A stretch of DNA of 63,483 nt, filler included, from Octopus bimaculoides (GCF_001194135.2; 6 parts of 6 records of this genome joined end to end with filler, not necessarily neighbours in it), one strand, 5' to 3'; positions 1 through 9,960 are shown, counted from the whole stretch's first letter. Made by a program: numbers and translations. Notes: generated by a model not told the origin, from the letters alone.

Positions 1-24
1 ATATATATATATATATATATATAT

Positions 25-200
25 AGAATGGTGGCAGCTGATGAAGGAAATGTTCTCTATGTGGCCTGTGTGTTTTCTTTACTCTGTTTATGTTCTGTTT
101 TTCATTTTGTCCATGTTTTTTTGTAACGTCCTGTACCCAGATATGCATCTATATATACATGTAGATGTAGGTATGTACATACATGTATGTATATATGCAT
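25..200. repeat. Unclassified interspersed repeat; second copy at about 39240-39425, related copy at about 18140-18290
   Basis: Near-identical text agaatgg..ctgatgaaggaaatgttctctatgtggc...acgtcctgtacccagatatgcatctatatatacatgtagatgtaggtatgtacatac at the first two loci. Confidence 0.7.
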
Positions 201-282
201 ATACTCACATATTATTTGTATCATATATATATATATATATGTATATAATTTTTACCAAATTTTTTGGTTAAAAAAATATATA

Positions 283-317
<35 letters not shown>

Positions 318-401
318 AGTTCAAAATAGNNNNNNNNNNNNNNNNNNNNNNNNNNNNNNNNNNNNNNNNNNNNNNNNNNNNNNNNNNNNNNNNNNNNNNN
401 N

Positions 402-434
<33 letters not shown>

Positions 435-557
435 AGTTCAAAATAGGAAAAAGACAAAAAAACAACGTGAGTACGTGATACAGATTGTGTTACTAGACGC
501 TCGGGAAAGGAAAGAAAGAGAATTTGACGTTTCGAGCGGAGCTCTTCGTTGGAATCT

Positions 558-764
558 GGCATGGCTGTGTGGTAAGAGGCTTGCTTCCCAACCACATGGT
601 TCCGGGTTCAGTCCCACTGCGTGACATTTTGGGCAAGTGTCTTCTGCGATAGTCTCGGGCTGTCGAAAGCCTTGTGAGTGGATTTGGTAGAAGGAAACTG
701 AAAGAAGCCCGTCGTATATATATATATATATATATATNNNNNNNNNNACTGAAAGAAGCCCGTC

Positions 765-798
<34 letters not shown>

Positions 799-1000
799 TT
801 GTGTGTCTGTATTTGCCCCTCCACCATCACATGACAACTGATGCTGGTGTGTTTAGGTTCCTGTAACATTAGCGGTTCAGCAAAAGAGACCGATAAAATA
901 AGTACTAGGTTTACAAAGAATAAGTCATGGGGTCGATTTGTTTGATTAAAGGTGGTGCTCCAGTATGGCCACAATCAAATGACTGAAACAAATAAAAAGA
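558..1000 (+). mobile_element. tRNA-derived SINE family A, near full length
   Basis: A box tggctgtgtgg, B-box-like gggttcagtcc, CORE-like ttgggcaagtgtctt, central (TA)n, 3' end ggtgctccagtatggccacaatcaaatgactgaaac plus A-rich tail. Resembles octopus OR-type CORE-SINEs from memory. Confidence 0.85.
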
Positions 1001-1692
1001 ATATATAATATATATATATATATATATACACAATTGAAAAAAGATTATAGATCTGTACAAATTGAATTTTTATATATAAAAGATGGTGGTGGAAATAGTA
1101 CATTTCAATTTAAGAGGGAATTTAATAAAAATGATTTTTGAAAAATTATTACATAAAGAAAATATCACCAGTTTTGATGAAATGGTTAATGTCTGTTTTG
1201 TGTAAAGCAACAAAAAGTAAAGAAGAAATATAAGTCACCTGATAAGTCCTCTGTTGTGTTATTGATCAGAAGTCGAAAGTACTGTGTTGTGAGGTTGGCA
1301 AGTACTGTGTTGTGATGTTTACAGCAGTGTTCTGTTGTGGTGTTGGCGGTGGTCTGATGTTATGTTGATTTTTGGCAATATTGTTTTGTGATTTTGGTGG
1401 TTGTTGGTAAATTTGTGTTTTGATGTTGATGGATGTTGGCAGTATTGTGTGGCTATGGTGGTATCTCTGTGTCTGTATAGAATTTTGTGTCTGTGGCATT
1501 GAAATTATTACGTTGATGTGATGATTGACAGCTTCATAGGGGTGAGATTCATTCCCTTGTATTAGGGTGCTGATTCTCAGTGATGTTAACATTTACATGT
1601 ATTATCTGAATTGTTCCGTTTGAAGTTTGTCGAAAGCTTTATGCAAAAGACATTCAACACCTCTGTGACTCTTTGCTCTTCTTCTTCCACAG

Positions 1693-1923
1693 ATACAAGC
1701 GACCGTATTCGGACCTCTATCATGCGTCTTCTGGAGATGATGGAGGAGACAACTCAACAGTTGTTGGACTCCAAGAGCGTCCAACAGGAACTGATGGATA
1801 CGTTAAACATGAGAGATAGCGAGGCCCAGGACAGGAGCCAGCGTCTACAAGACTTGACAGAGCAACTGAAACAGGAGATAAATGCCAGGGAGCAACTTGC
1901 ATTAGAGCTGCACAAATCTCAAG
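1693..1923 (+). CDS. PCNT/AKAP9: Internal coding exon (231 bp, phase 1/1) of a pericentrin/AKAP9-family coiled-coil centrosomal scaffold
   Basis: Acceptor ttcttccacAG at 1691-92, donor CAAG|GTacac at 1924. Encodes (D)TSDRIRTSIMRLLEMMEETTQQLLDS...INAREQLALELHKSQ(G), resembling recalled human AKAP9 AREQLAVELSKAEG and PCNT ELALELHKTQG. Needs BLAST confirmation. Confidence 0.85.
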
Positions 1924-1940
1924 GTACACTGAAGCTTTCT

Positions 1941-2146
1941 ATTCTTTTTTATTAATTTGACTGCAGCCATGCTGGAGCACCGCCTTTTGTTGAGCAAATT
2001 GATCCCCAGGACCCATTCTTTGTAAGCCTAGTACTTATTTTATTGGTTTCTTTTGCCGAACCACTAGGTTACGGGGATGTAAACACATCAAATCCACTCA
2101 CAAGGCTATGGTTGGCCTAGGGCTATAATAGAAGTCATTTTCCCAG
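1941..2146 (-). mobile_element. SINE family A, internally deleted
   Basis: Reverse complement of the family A 3' end (atttgactgcagccatgctggagcaccgcc...gtaagcctagtactta) joined to a head-proximal piece (aaatccactcacaaggct). Confidence 0.8.
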
Positions 2147-2607
2147 AGTGACAGACATCTTGTGTATTAGTAGATTTAATAGTATCCTAGTATCACCTAC
2201 CAGATTAGGGTGGGATGTTGTAGTAGTAGTAGTAGTAGTAGTTAGTAGTATGGTGGGTCAAAGGTTAACAAAATGCTTATTGTGTTAATCTAGAATCTTC
2301 TGCTTTCTTGGGAGTTTTTGGCTCATCATTAAAATGTATCTTTGTCATGTCTTTTCTCTAAGTATTTCCATGATCATTGCCGTGATTAACTTTCTGGTCT
2401 TGTNNNNNNNNNNNNNNNNNNNNNNNNNNNNNNNNNNNNNNNNNNNNNNNNNNNNNNNNNNNNNNNNNNNNNNNNNNNNNNNNNNNNNNNNNNNNNNNNN
2501 NNNNNNNNNNNNNNNNNNNNNNNNNNNCCTTGAACAGTTGCCCTCTGCAACGCACTACAATCGTCTCGTTTTTCTCTGGTCTGTGATAACCAGTCTTTTG
2601 AGCTTTC

Positions 2608-2839
2608 TTATTCCTTTATTGCCCAGAAGGGGCTGAACATAGAGGGGACAAACGAGGATAGACAAAAGGATTAAGTCGATTACATCAACCTCAGTGTGTA
2701 ACTGGTACTTAATTTATCAACCCCGAAAGGATGAAAGGCAAAGTCGACTTCGGCGGAATTTGAACTCAGAACGTAACGGCTGACGAAATACCGCTAAGCA
2801 TTTCACCCGGCGTGCTAACGATTCTGCCATCTCGCCGCC
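2608..2839 (-). mobile_element. tRNA-derived SINE family B
   Basis: Minus strand ggcggcgagatggcagaatcgttagcacgccggg...gttctgagttcaaattccgccgaagtcgactttgcctttcatcc, with A/B boxes; many copies in the window. Confidence 0.85.
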
Positions 2840-3109
2840 AGTCTGTTAAGCTTTCTGTCACTCAACATCTCTTGAATCTGTAGTTCCATTCTTTTCCTTT
2901 ATAGTTGTCCCTTACACTACAGAGGCCCTCAAGCCTGGTTTTGTGCAAGATCATTTGAAAGTTAAAATATTGGTTCTGGTGTTGATGTGTAACAGTGTGA
3001 AAGTGAGTGTGTTCATTGGACCCTTGGCTGTTATTTCATTTCTACATGTTTCCCTTTCTTTCCTTTTTTTTCCTTTTCCCCCCCACCTCTGTGCGGACAC
3101 TATTTTCAG

Positions 3110-3322
3110 GATTGGTGGAAGGCTTCATGGAGGAGCGCAAGTCCCTGAACAGTAAACTGAAGGACCACGAGGACCGGGAGGCTGTCCTAATCATGGAGAA
3201 CGAGACATTGCGTAACCAGGTGCATGACCTGCAGCTGTCTGAGAGCGAGGTGACGTCACTGCGCAACGAAGTCCAACGCCAGCAGAACATCCTCTACGAC
3301 AACGCCGGACACGAACAGCAAG
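3110..3322 (+). CDS. PCNT/AKAP9: Next coding exon (213 bp, phase 1/1) of the same gene
   Basis: Polypyrimidine tract then tattttcAG at 3108-09; weak donor CAAG|GTttct at 3323. Splices in frame to the previous exon: ...HKSQ-G-LVEGFMEERKSLNSKLKDHEDREAVLIMENETLRNQ...DNAGHEQQ, similar to recalled PCNT GTLEGF..KEDSEHRLVLELESLRRQ and AKAP9 EAGPVEQQ. Confidence 0.85.
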
Positions 3323-4353
3323 GTTTCTATCGCCATTTAAAACTTCTCATCCCTTTGGGCTTCTTGACTTTCAGCAGTTTCCTCTTCTGGGATAGAATCT
3401 ATGAGTGGTACAACATATTTAATTTTGATGACGAACTCTAACAAAGACACACTGAGGGGTGGGGCAAAGGAGGAAACTGTTACTTTTGTGCATGTTTTTT
3501 TTTGTTGTTTGTTGTTTTACCATTTGGGTTGATGTGCATTTATTTGTTTTTTTTTTGTCTCTTAATGTCTTGGAACCAATGGGTGTATATATGTCTGTCT
3601 ATTTGTGTCTGTCTTTGTCTATCTGCGTTTTTACGACTCTTTGTGTGTATCTTTCTTCATGTGTGTGTGTATTTCCATTCATCTGTTTTACTCTGTGTTT
3701 GTGTGTCTGTCTGTTCTGCTGTGCACATGTGATTCTGCATGTGTCTGGTCCATCTCTTCCATGCATGTGGGTCATCACTATGACACATATATGTGCATTT
3801 CTGTGCATGCCTGTCCAATTACATGTGCACGTGCATGCATATATCTGTTAATTAAGCTCAACTTTATTTTCAAACTAATTATTTATTCATTTATTTAACT
3901 TGGAATTATTATAACAGTATGAATTTTCCGGAAGTAAGATCTTAGGCCATATCACATATGATATCACATCTAATATCTTCAAGCACCCGTTTATTATATT
4001 TATTGTTCTTTTCACTTGTATTTTCAAATTCCATGTTTGTTAGTTTATGTAATATTTAAAAACTCAGATTTTCTTTTCAGATAAAAAAAAAAATACTTGC
4101 TCCCTTCCTCCCACCTTCCATCCTCTCTCTTCCTCTCCCTTCCTCTCTCTCATTCATTCATATTTACTAATATGAATTTACAAATTGTATATCATTATTT
4201 ATGATAATTATTTCATGAAGATTTTATTTAGATTTTTAATTTTTTGGAGTTTTTAAGGGTCATTATTTTACTTGGTTATTTTTTGCTTTTTCTTTTTCAA
4301 TTCTGTAGAATTTAGATTTGGTAAAATATTCTGTGCATGTGTGTGTATATACA

Positions 4354-4395
<42 letters not shown>

Positions 4396-4434
4396 GATGT
4401 ATGTGTGATAAAAAAAAGAGAAACTCTCTCTCTG

Positions 4435-4690
4435 TCAGTTACAGTGACAAGGGTTCAAGTTGGTCCGATCACTGGAAGCACCCCTACTCTTAATGTAGTG
4501 CTTAGGGAGATGGAATGTGAAATAGAATATGACAAAGCTGGCCCTTTGAAATACTCATTTTTGCCAGCTGAGTGAACTAGAGCAACGTGAAATAAAGTGT
4601 CTTGCTCAAGGGCACAATGCACCACTGGGAATTGAACTCATAGCTTTACGATTGTGAGCCGAACATCCTGACAACTTAGCCACATGTCTT
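4435..4690 (-). mobile_element. tRNA-derived SINE family C; other copies at about 7583-7750 (+), 14168-14480 (-), 55272-55527 (+)
   Basis: Shared gagttcaattcc B box, ttgtgYccttgagcaagacactttatttcac and aaagggccagcYttgtcac blocks across the copies. Confidence 0.8.
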
Positions 4691-4833
4691 CATGTGTGTA
4701 TGATATAAAATGTGTTAAACAAACACATGTGGTAATATGTTAGGTTTGTTGTTTTAAAGGAATTTGAAGAACAGCAGAACATTTCCTAATGGTGGCAGGG
4801 ATTAAAAAAAAAATACAATAAATAGTCAAATCT

Positions 4834-5118
4834 TACAGTTCCATATTTAAGAGATGAGGAATTATGTATATTATTTACATTTGACAGATATTTGTCCTCA
4901 TCTTGTTTGTTGTTAACACTACGTTTCGGCTGATATACCCTCCAGCCTTCATCAGGTGTCTTGGGGAAATTTCGAACCTGGGTTCTCATTCCTAAGGTAT
5001 TTTTTGATGTTATTATTATTATTATTATTATTATATAGGTCACTGCCTGGGATCGAACTTAGAATCTTGGGTTCTTAGGGTTAGTAGCCTGTGCTCTTAA
5101 CCACCATGCCATACGCCC
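4834..5118 (-). mobile_element. SINE family D: tRNA-like head, (AAT)n, hammerhead-bearing tail
   Basis: Minus strand ggcgtatggcatggtggttaagagc (A box)...aagttcgatcccaggc (B box), (AAT)n, then ccccaagacacCTGATGAaggctggagggtatatcagccGAAACgtagtgtt. Confidence 0.8.
4915..4962 (-). ncRNA. Minimal type I hammerhead ribozyme motif, Penelope-like, intact core
   Basis: GACAC-CUGAUGA-A-GGCUG(10 nt)CAGCC-GAAAC-GUA-GUGUU: 5-bp helix I, 5-bp helix II, palindromic ACGU in place of helix III, GUA cleavage triplet. Confidence 0.75.
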
Positions 5119-5129
5119 ATGGGCATATG

Positions 5130-6005
5130 GTGTGTGTTTATATAAATAAATATACACACACACATACATATAAATATATATGTGTGCGTGTTTATATAAT
5201 TAAATATACATATATATGTATATGTATCTATATGTGTGTCTGTTTATATAACTAAATATACACACATATATATATGTATCTGTGTGTGAGTGTGTATAAA
5301 AGTTTCGTTTTGACTGGAGGGGGCTTCAAGATTCGGTTGATGGCTCATCCAACCAGGGTTGAAAGGTCATCAGACAGAAACTGAAGTCCAGGTTGAAACT
5401 AATGTTATACTATATATTTGAGTGTGGGCTACTAACCTCAAGATTCGAGTTCGATTCCAGGCAGTGACCTGAATAATAATAATAACAATAATAATAATAA
5501 TAATATCGAAAAATACATTAGGAATGAGAGCCCAAGTTAAAAATTTCCCCGAAGACACCTGAAGAAGGCTGGAGGGTATATCAGCTGAAACGTGTTAATA
5601 ACAAACAAGTTGAGGACAAATATCCGTCAAATGTAAATAATGTAAATAAAGTAATGTAAATATATTATATAACATTAGTTTCAACCTGGACTTCAGTTTC
5701 TGTCTGATGACCCTTTCAACCCTGGTTGGATGAGCCATCAACCGAATCTTGAAGCCCCCTCCAGTCAAAACGAAACTTTAATACACGCTCACACACAGAT
5801 ACATATATATATGTGTGTATATTTAGTTATATAAACAGACACACNNNNNNNNNNACACGCTCACACACAGATACATATATATATGTGTGTATATTTAGTT
5901 ATATAAACAGACACACACACATATAGATACATATACATATATATGTATATTTAATTATATAAACACGTGTGTGTGTGTGTATATATATTTATATAAACAC
6001 ACACA
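5130..6005. repeat. Long near-perfect inverted repeat, arms about 5130-5419 and 5658-6005
   Basis: 5301-5419 (agtttcgttttgactggaggggg...ggttgaaactaatgttata) is the near-exact reverse complement of 5658-5778; flanking TA/CA-rich parts also mirror. The right arm contains a 10-N gap. Confidence 0.9.
5421..5657 (+). mobile_element. SINE family D, 5'-truncated, degenerate hammerhead
   Basis: gagttcgattccaggcagtgacc, (AAT)n, aagacacCTGAAGAaggctg..cagctGAAACgtgtt at 5552-5596 (GUH triplet missing). Confidence 0.8.
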
Positions 6006-7050
6006 CATATAGATACATATATATGTGTATATTTAGTTACATAAACACATACAGACATATATAGATACATATATATGTGTATATGTTTAGTCATGTATAC
6101 ATATACAATGAATGTGTCAATAAGTTTGTTTTAAATTAATTTTTATTTCTAAATTAAATACTTTTTTAAAAAGAGATTCTTTAATGATAATAATAATGAT
6201 AGTTAATATTTTGGTCCCCTCACTTTTCCATTAACAAAAGAAAAAGCAGAAATAACCGATGGTATCTTAACTCTGTTCTGTTATCATTTACAAGATACCA
6301 GTAGGATACTAGGGTATAGTAGTGGTTGTAGGGTTGGTCAAAGGTTAACATACCTATACAGGGATAATCTAGAACCCCCCCCCCCATTATCCTTTTGTTT
6401 TTGATATTTTCATTTCATTTGTAAGCTGCACCCCTGCTAATCACTTATTCGAAATGCCAGCGAGAATCTAAAGAAGAAAAAAAAAAATGATATTGATGCC
6501 CATGTAGTTGCGAGTAGATGTAAACACTTTCTTGGCCCTCAAACCCTTAACACTAATGGTGCAATGCTGTGTTTTTTTGTTTTTTTTGCCTCCCCGCCTT
6601 CTCCCTAAAGAGAAAAATGTTTTTTTAAACATATCTATTTGTTTTTGGAAGTGACACTGTCCTCCTTCCTTCTAACTGTGGTCCAATTAAACCATTATTA
6701 ATTATTATGATTGAAATTATATTAAACATGGAACTGTTGTTATTATCATCATCACTATCGTCGTCATCATCATCATTATTAATATTGTTATCATGTTGGA
6801 ATAGAATGGTATTTTAATATGTAACTATGTTAGTGTGGGTTACTGATTGTGTTTGGTCTAATAACCAACTCTAGTAAGGTTATACTCAGAGTAGGGTTGT
6901 ACTCAGAGGTAACTGATTCTCACTGGGTTAGTCTGACACCTATTGGGATAAATAATCTGTGGCGGGTTTACTTAAATCCTGCATTAATGAATATGAATCT
7001 AGAAGTAACTGGCTCAGCTGGTTTCTTTGTGTTAACCCAGGGCTAATTAA

Positions 7051-7272
7051 CCCTTTTGTTACCGTATTTCTGTTGAGATGTTCTGTGTTTCTTTCAATTG
7101 ATTTTAAATATAACAAAGAATTTAGTAAAATAACTTCGTTATCATTAAGCTGGTGTTAGGAACATAAATTGTGACTAAGGTTTGGTGGAAGATTTTAATT
7201 CAGAACTTATGAAAACAAGACATTTGTAGTTCAGAGACAGGGGTGGTTTCAGCCCCGTTGGTAATGAAAGGG
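7051..7272. mobile_element. piggyBac-like MITE
   Basis: TTAA on both sides (7047-50, 7273-76); TIRs cccttttgttacc / ggtaatgaaaggg match 11 of 13, both differences explicable by CpG decay. Confidence 0.75.
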
Positions 7273-7337
7273 TTAAATCTTATGGGTTTACTAACTGAAT
7301 TCACAGCAGACTGACCTGTTAGATTTCCTAACTAAAG

Positions 7338-7506
7338 CAGTGATTCTCAACCAGTGTCCGCATGATCCTAAGGGGTCCATATAAGAATTTACTGTTAAAA
7401 TTTATGTGCAATAAATTGGTTATAATTCTAAGGGTCCACCTAAGTAAAATAGGAACCAAAGGGATCCTTAGGTAAAAAAAAAAAAAAAAAAGGTCAAGAA
7501 ACACTG
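7338..7506. mobile_element. hAT (Charlie-like) MITE
   Basis: TIRs cagtgattctcaacc / ggtcaagaaacactg; diverged 8-bp flanks aactaaag / agcctaag. Confidence 0.6.
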
Positions 7507-8253
7507 AGCCTAAGTAAGGGCAAATTGATTGACTGGCTGACTCAGTAGGTTTACCCACTCAGCTCAGTGAAGGCTCACCTTCTAGTTAGAGTATAACCAC
7601 ATGATTATAAAGGTGTAGGGTTCAATTCCCGAACAGGGGGTTGTGTTGTGTCCTTGAGCAAGGCACTTCATGTCATAGTGTTCCTCTCTACTCAGCTGCA
7701 AATGAGCACCAGTCGACTGCTGGTGCAACCATCTTACCCTCCAGCTGTCACATCCAGGACGTTTTGCTGGGGTTAAGGGCACGAGGGCCGAGAAAGTTTC
7801 TATGTCTACTCGCAACTATATGGGCATCCGAATACTTATCAATAAAAGCCTGGCACTTACAACCAAGTCCTCCTCTCTCGCGAGTGATGGCTGTGGTCCC
7901 TCCTCTCCTTTCGATAGCTCAACATTTGCTGAGTTTACCTGCTCAACTCTATGTTCAGACTTTGGTCTGGTTCTCTTGTGAAGCCAAGGAAACTACTGGA
8001 TATACCTGGTGACCCTTAAATCGCCATGAGTGGTAATGTCAAGGGACTGACTCTCACCAGGTATATTAACAGAACCTGAGACCAACTGATATCTTCTTTG
8101 TACATTTACCCGGCTGTGCTCTGTAGCTTTCGTAACGAGGATACAGATAAAATAATAGCTATATTTTCTATAAAATATTACTATAATAATTTCTTTATTT
8201 ATTGATATGGTGATGATGATGATGATAGTAAAATTCAATTATTATTAAATAAT

Positions 8254-8286
<33 letters not shown>

Positions 8287-8320
8287 TTAATTGTAATAAT
8301 AAAAAGAAACTGCTCTCTTG

Positions 8321-8409
8321 GGGACAGCAAGGATTTTGAGACTGGTACTTGAGGGTTAAGTATTGTGGAAAGAGACCCTGCGACACCTTTGACTACAGGT
8401 TGCTGTCCC
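8321..8409. mobile_element. Candidate 89-bp micro-MITE
   Basis: Perfect 10-bp TIR gggacagcaa / ttgctgtccc, flanked by direct repeat ctcttg at 8315-20 and 8410-15. Confidence 0.45.
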
Positions 8410-8760
8410 CTCTTGTGGAACCAACTGGAGCAAATAATATCAAGAGATCTGAGAAGTAAAATGGAAATAAGTCATAATAATAATTGTCTTTTAATGGCAA
8501 TTTTAATTAGTAATTTTCTTGCTAAAATATTTTTTTCAAATCGTAATCTCAGGAAATTAACGAACATTACTATTTCAACTGAAAAGAAAATAGAGAAGAA
8601 CAAAAATAATCCTTTAAAATAAGATTTAATTGGAAAACACACACGCACACACATGCGGGCAGTGCAAGATAATTATGAAAATTAGTAAATTCAAAAGTAA
8701 TGACACTCTCTGTCAATATATCAGCAATTTGTGAGACAAGCCCCTAATCAGTTGATTAAT

Positions 8761-8968
8761 GCCTTGTCCATTCCTGAACCGCTCAGCTATCATGTGCTGC
8801 TTCTGTAGTCACATTCTTTTGAATTGACCATGCGTTGCTTTGTAGCTTTAAGATTTCAGTGATGTGATCGTTTATTTTTGGGTAAGTGTGTGAGGCTGGA
8901 CCTGGCCATTTTGAACATAAAGCAGGTAGAATCTTTAGGCTAAATATGGCCAGTTTAAATCTAAAAGG
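8761..8968. mobile_element. Degenerate piggyBac-like non-autonomous element
   Basis: Right end tatggccagtttaaatctaaaagg|TTAA (8969-72); left TTAA at 8757-60 with a decayed terminus. Confidence 0.45.
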
Positions 8969-9116
8969 TTAATGCACTTGGTCAGTTATGAGTAGTTGTA
9001 TTAAACTGGTCACTGTTACAGTTCCATAGTTGACCCAGTTCAGTTTTTCTTTATTGATTTAGTTTTATTTAAATGACTTCAATTCATGATGTTACTTATT
9101 GTATTTGACTCTAAAG

Positions 9117-9422
9117 CAGTGAGTTTCAACCTATTTCGATCCACTGTACTTGAAGAACATTCTAAAAGTGTGACATTTCAACATCAACTTCCTAAAAGTT
9201 TAATTATTTAAAATTAAAAAAAAAACATTAAAATTATTTAAAAATTAAAAAAAGGGTGCATGCCATGCACTTTGTCACAGAGAAATGCACATTACAGTGG
9301 TGCAGTGCTTTATAAATGCTGAAGATTTTTAAATATATAGCATTTTTCGACAAACTTAAAAGTAAATGGCACATTTGCAGAATCTGCAAGTGTGCCCATG
9401 GCAAACTGGTTGAAGATGTCTG
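9117..9422. mobile_element. hAT MITE
   Basis: TIRs cagtgagtttcaacc / ggttgaagatgtctg; 8-bp flanks ctctaaag / ccctagag match 6 of 8 and resemble the hAT NTCTAGAN target. Confidence 0.6.
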
Positions 9423-9769
9423 CCCTAGAGAAAAATGAAATGCAAAAGCTGAGGTCAACAGGATTTGAACTTGGAACTTAGAGAGAGAGATGACATGAAG
9501 TAGTATTGAGCATTTAGTTTGACATGCCATGGCCCATTGACTTTTGACGGTGTTGGATGTCACTTTGTGTCTTATAAAGGTCACCAAGTAGTTTGTTTAG
9601 TTCAAAATATCCTTGTAAGCCCCTTTTTTCCAGCGTCACTTACAATGGTTGGGTTTATTTTTGAGAGCTTCTGTATCTACCCTATATGGTCAAATTAAAA
9701 TTTTAATTTACTTTCTACCAAGTAAATTAAAATTTACTTTGTTGAATGAGGGAAGCTCTTTGTGATCAC

Positions 9770-9960
9770 TCAACACAAGAGAAAGAGCAGTCTAATCTTT
9801 CTCAAACCAGACCTTATTTAAAAAAGAAAATGGAAGGACATATTGTATAATGTAATTCTAGCTATAGCTGAAAAACCAAAAAAAAGAAAAGAAAACTAAC
9901 TCCAAAAAGACAGGATGGCCTTGGCTGGAATGCCTTTGATCATAGTTTGCTAGATTAGAA
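9770..9960 (+). repeat. Unclassified SINE-like repeat E; related copies at about 21690-21830 (-) and 25290-25625 (+)
   Basis: Shared aaggacaYattgNataatgta and ggaatgcctttgatcatag blocks. Confidence 0.55.

Noticed and set aside
698-790. Direct repeats across short N gaps (also near 300-445, 5781-5914, 49020-49140, 54615-54665)
   Set aside because: Typical unmerged contig overlaps, not biology.
5704-5776. CTGATGA ... GAAAC in the inverted-repeat arm
   Set aside because: No closing helix II between the motifs and no NUH plus helix I.
7860-7990. Minus-strand frame containing VELSKGEEG (GFP-like start) and a GTAAGT donor
   Set aside because: Short chance match with no further similarity or acceptor support.
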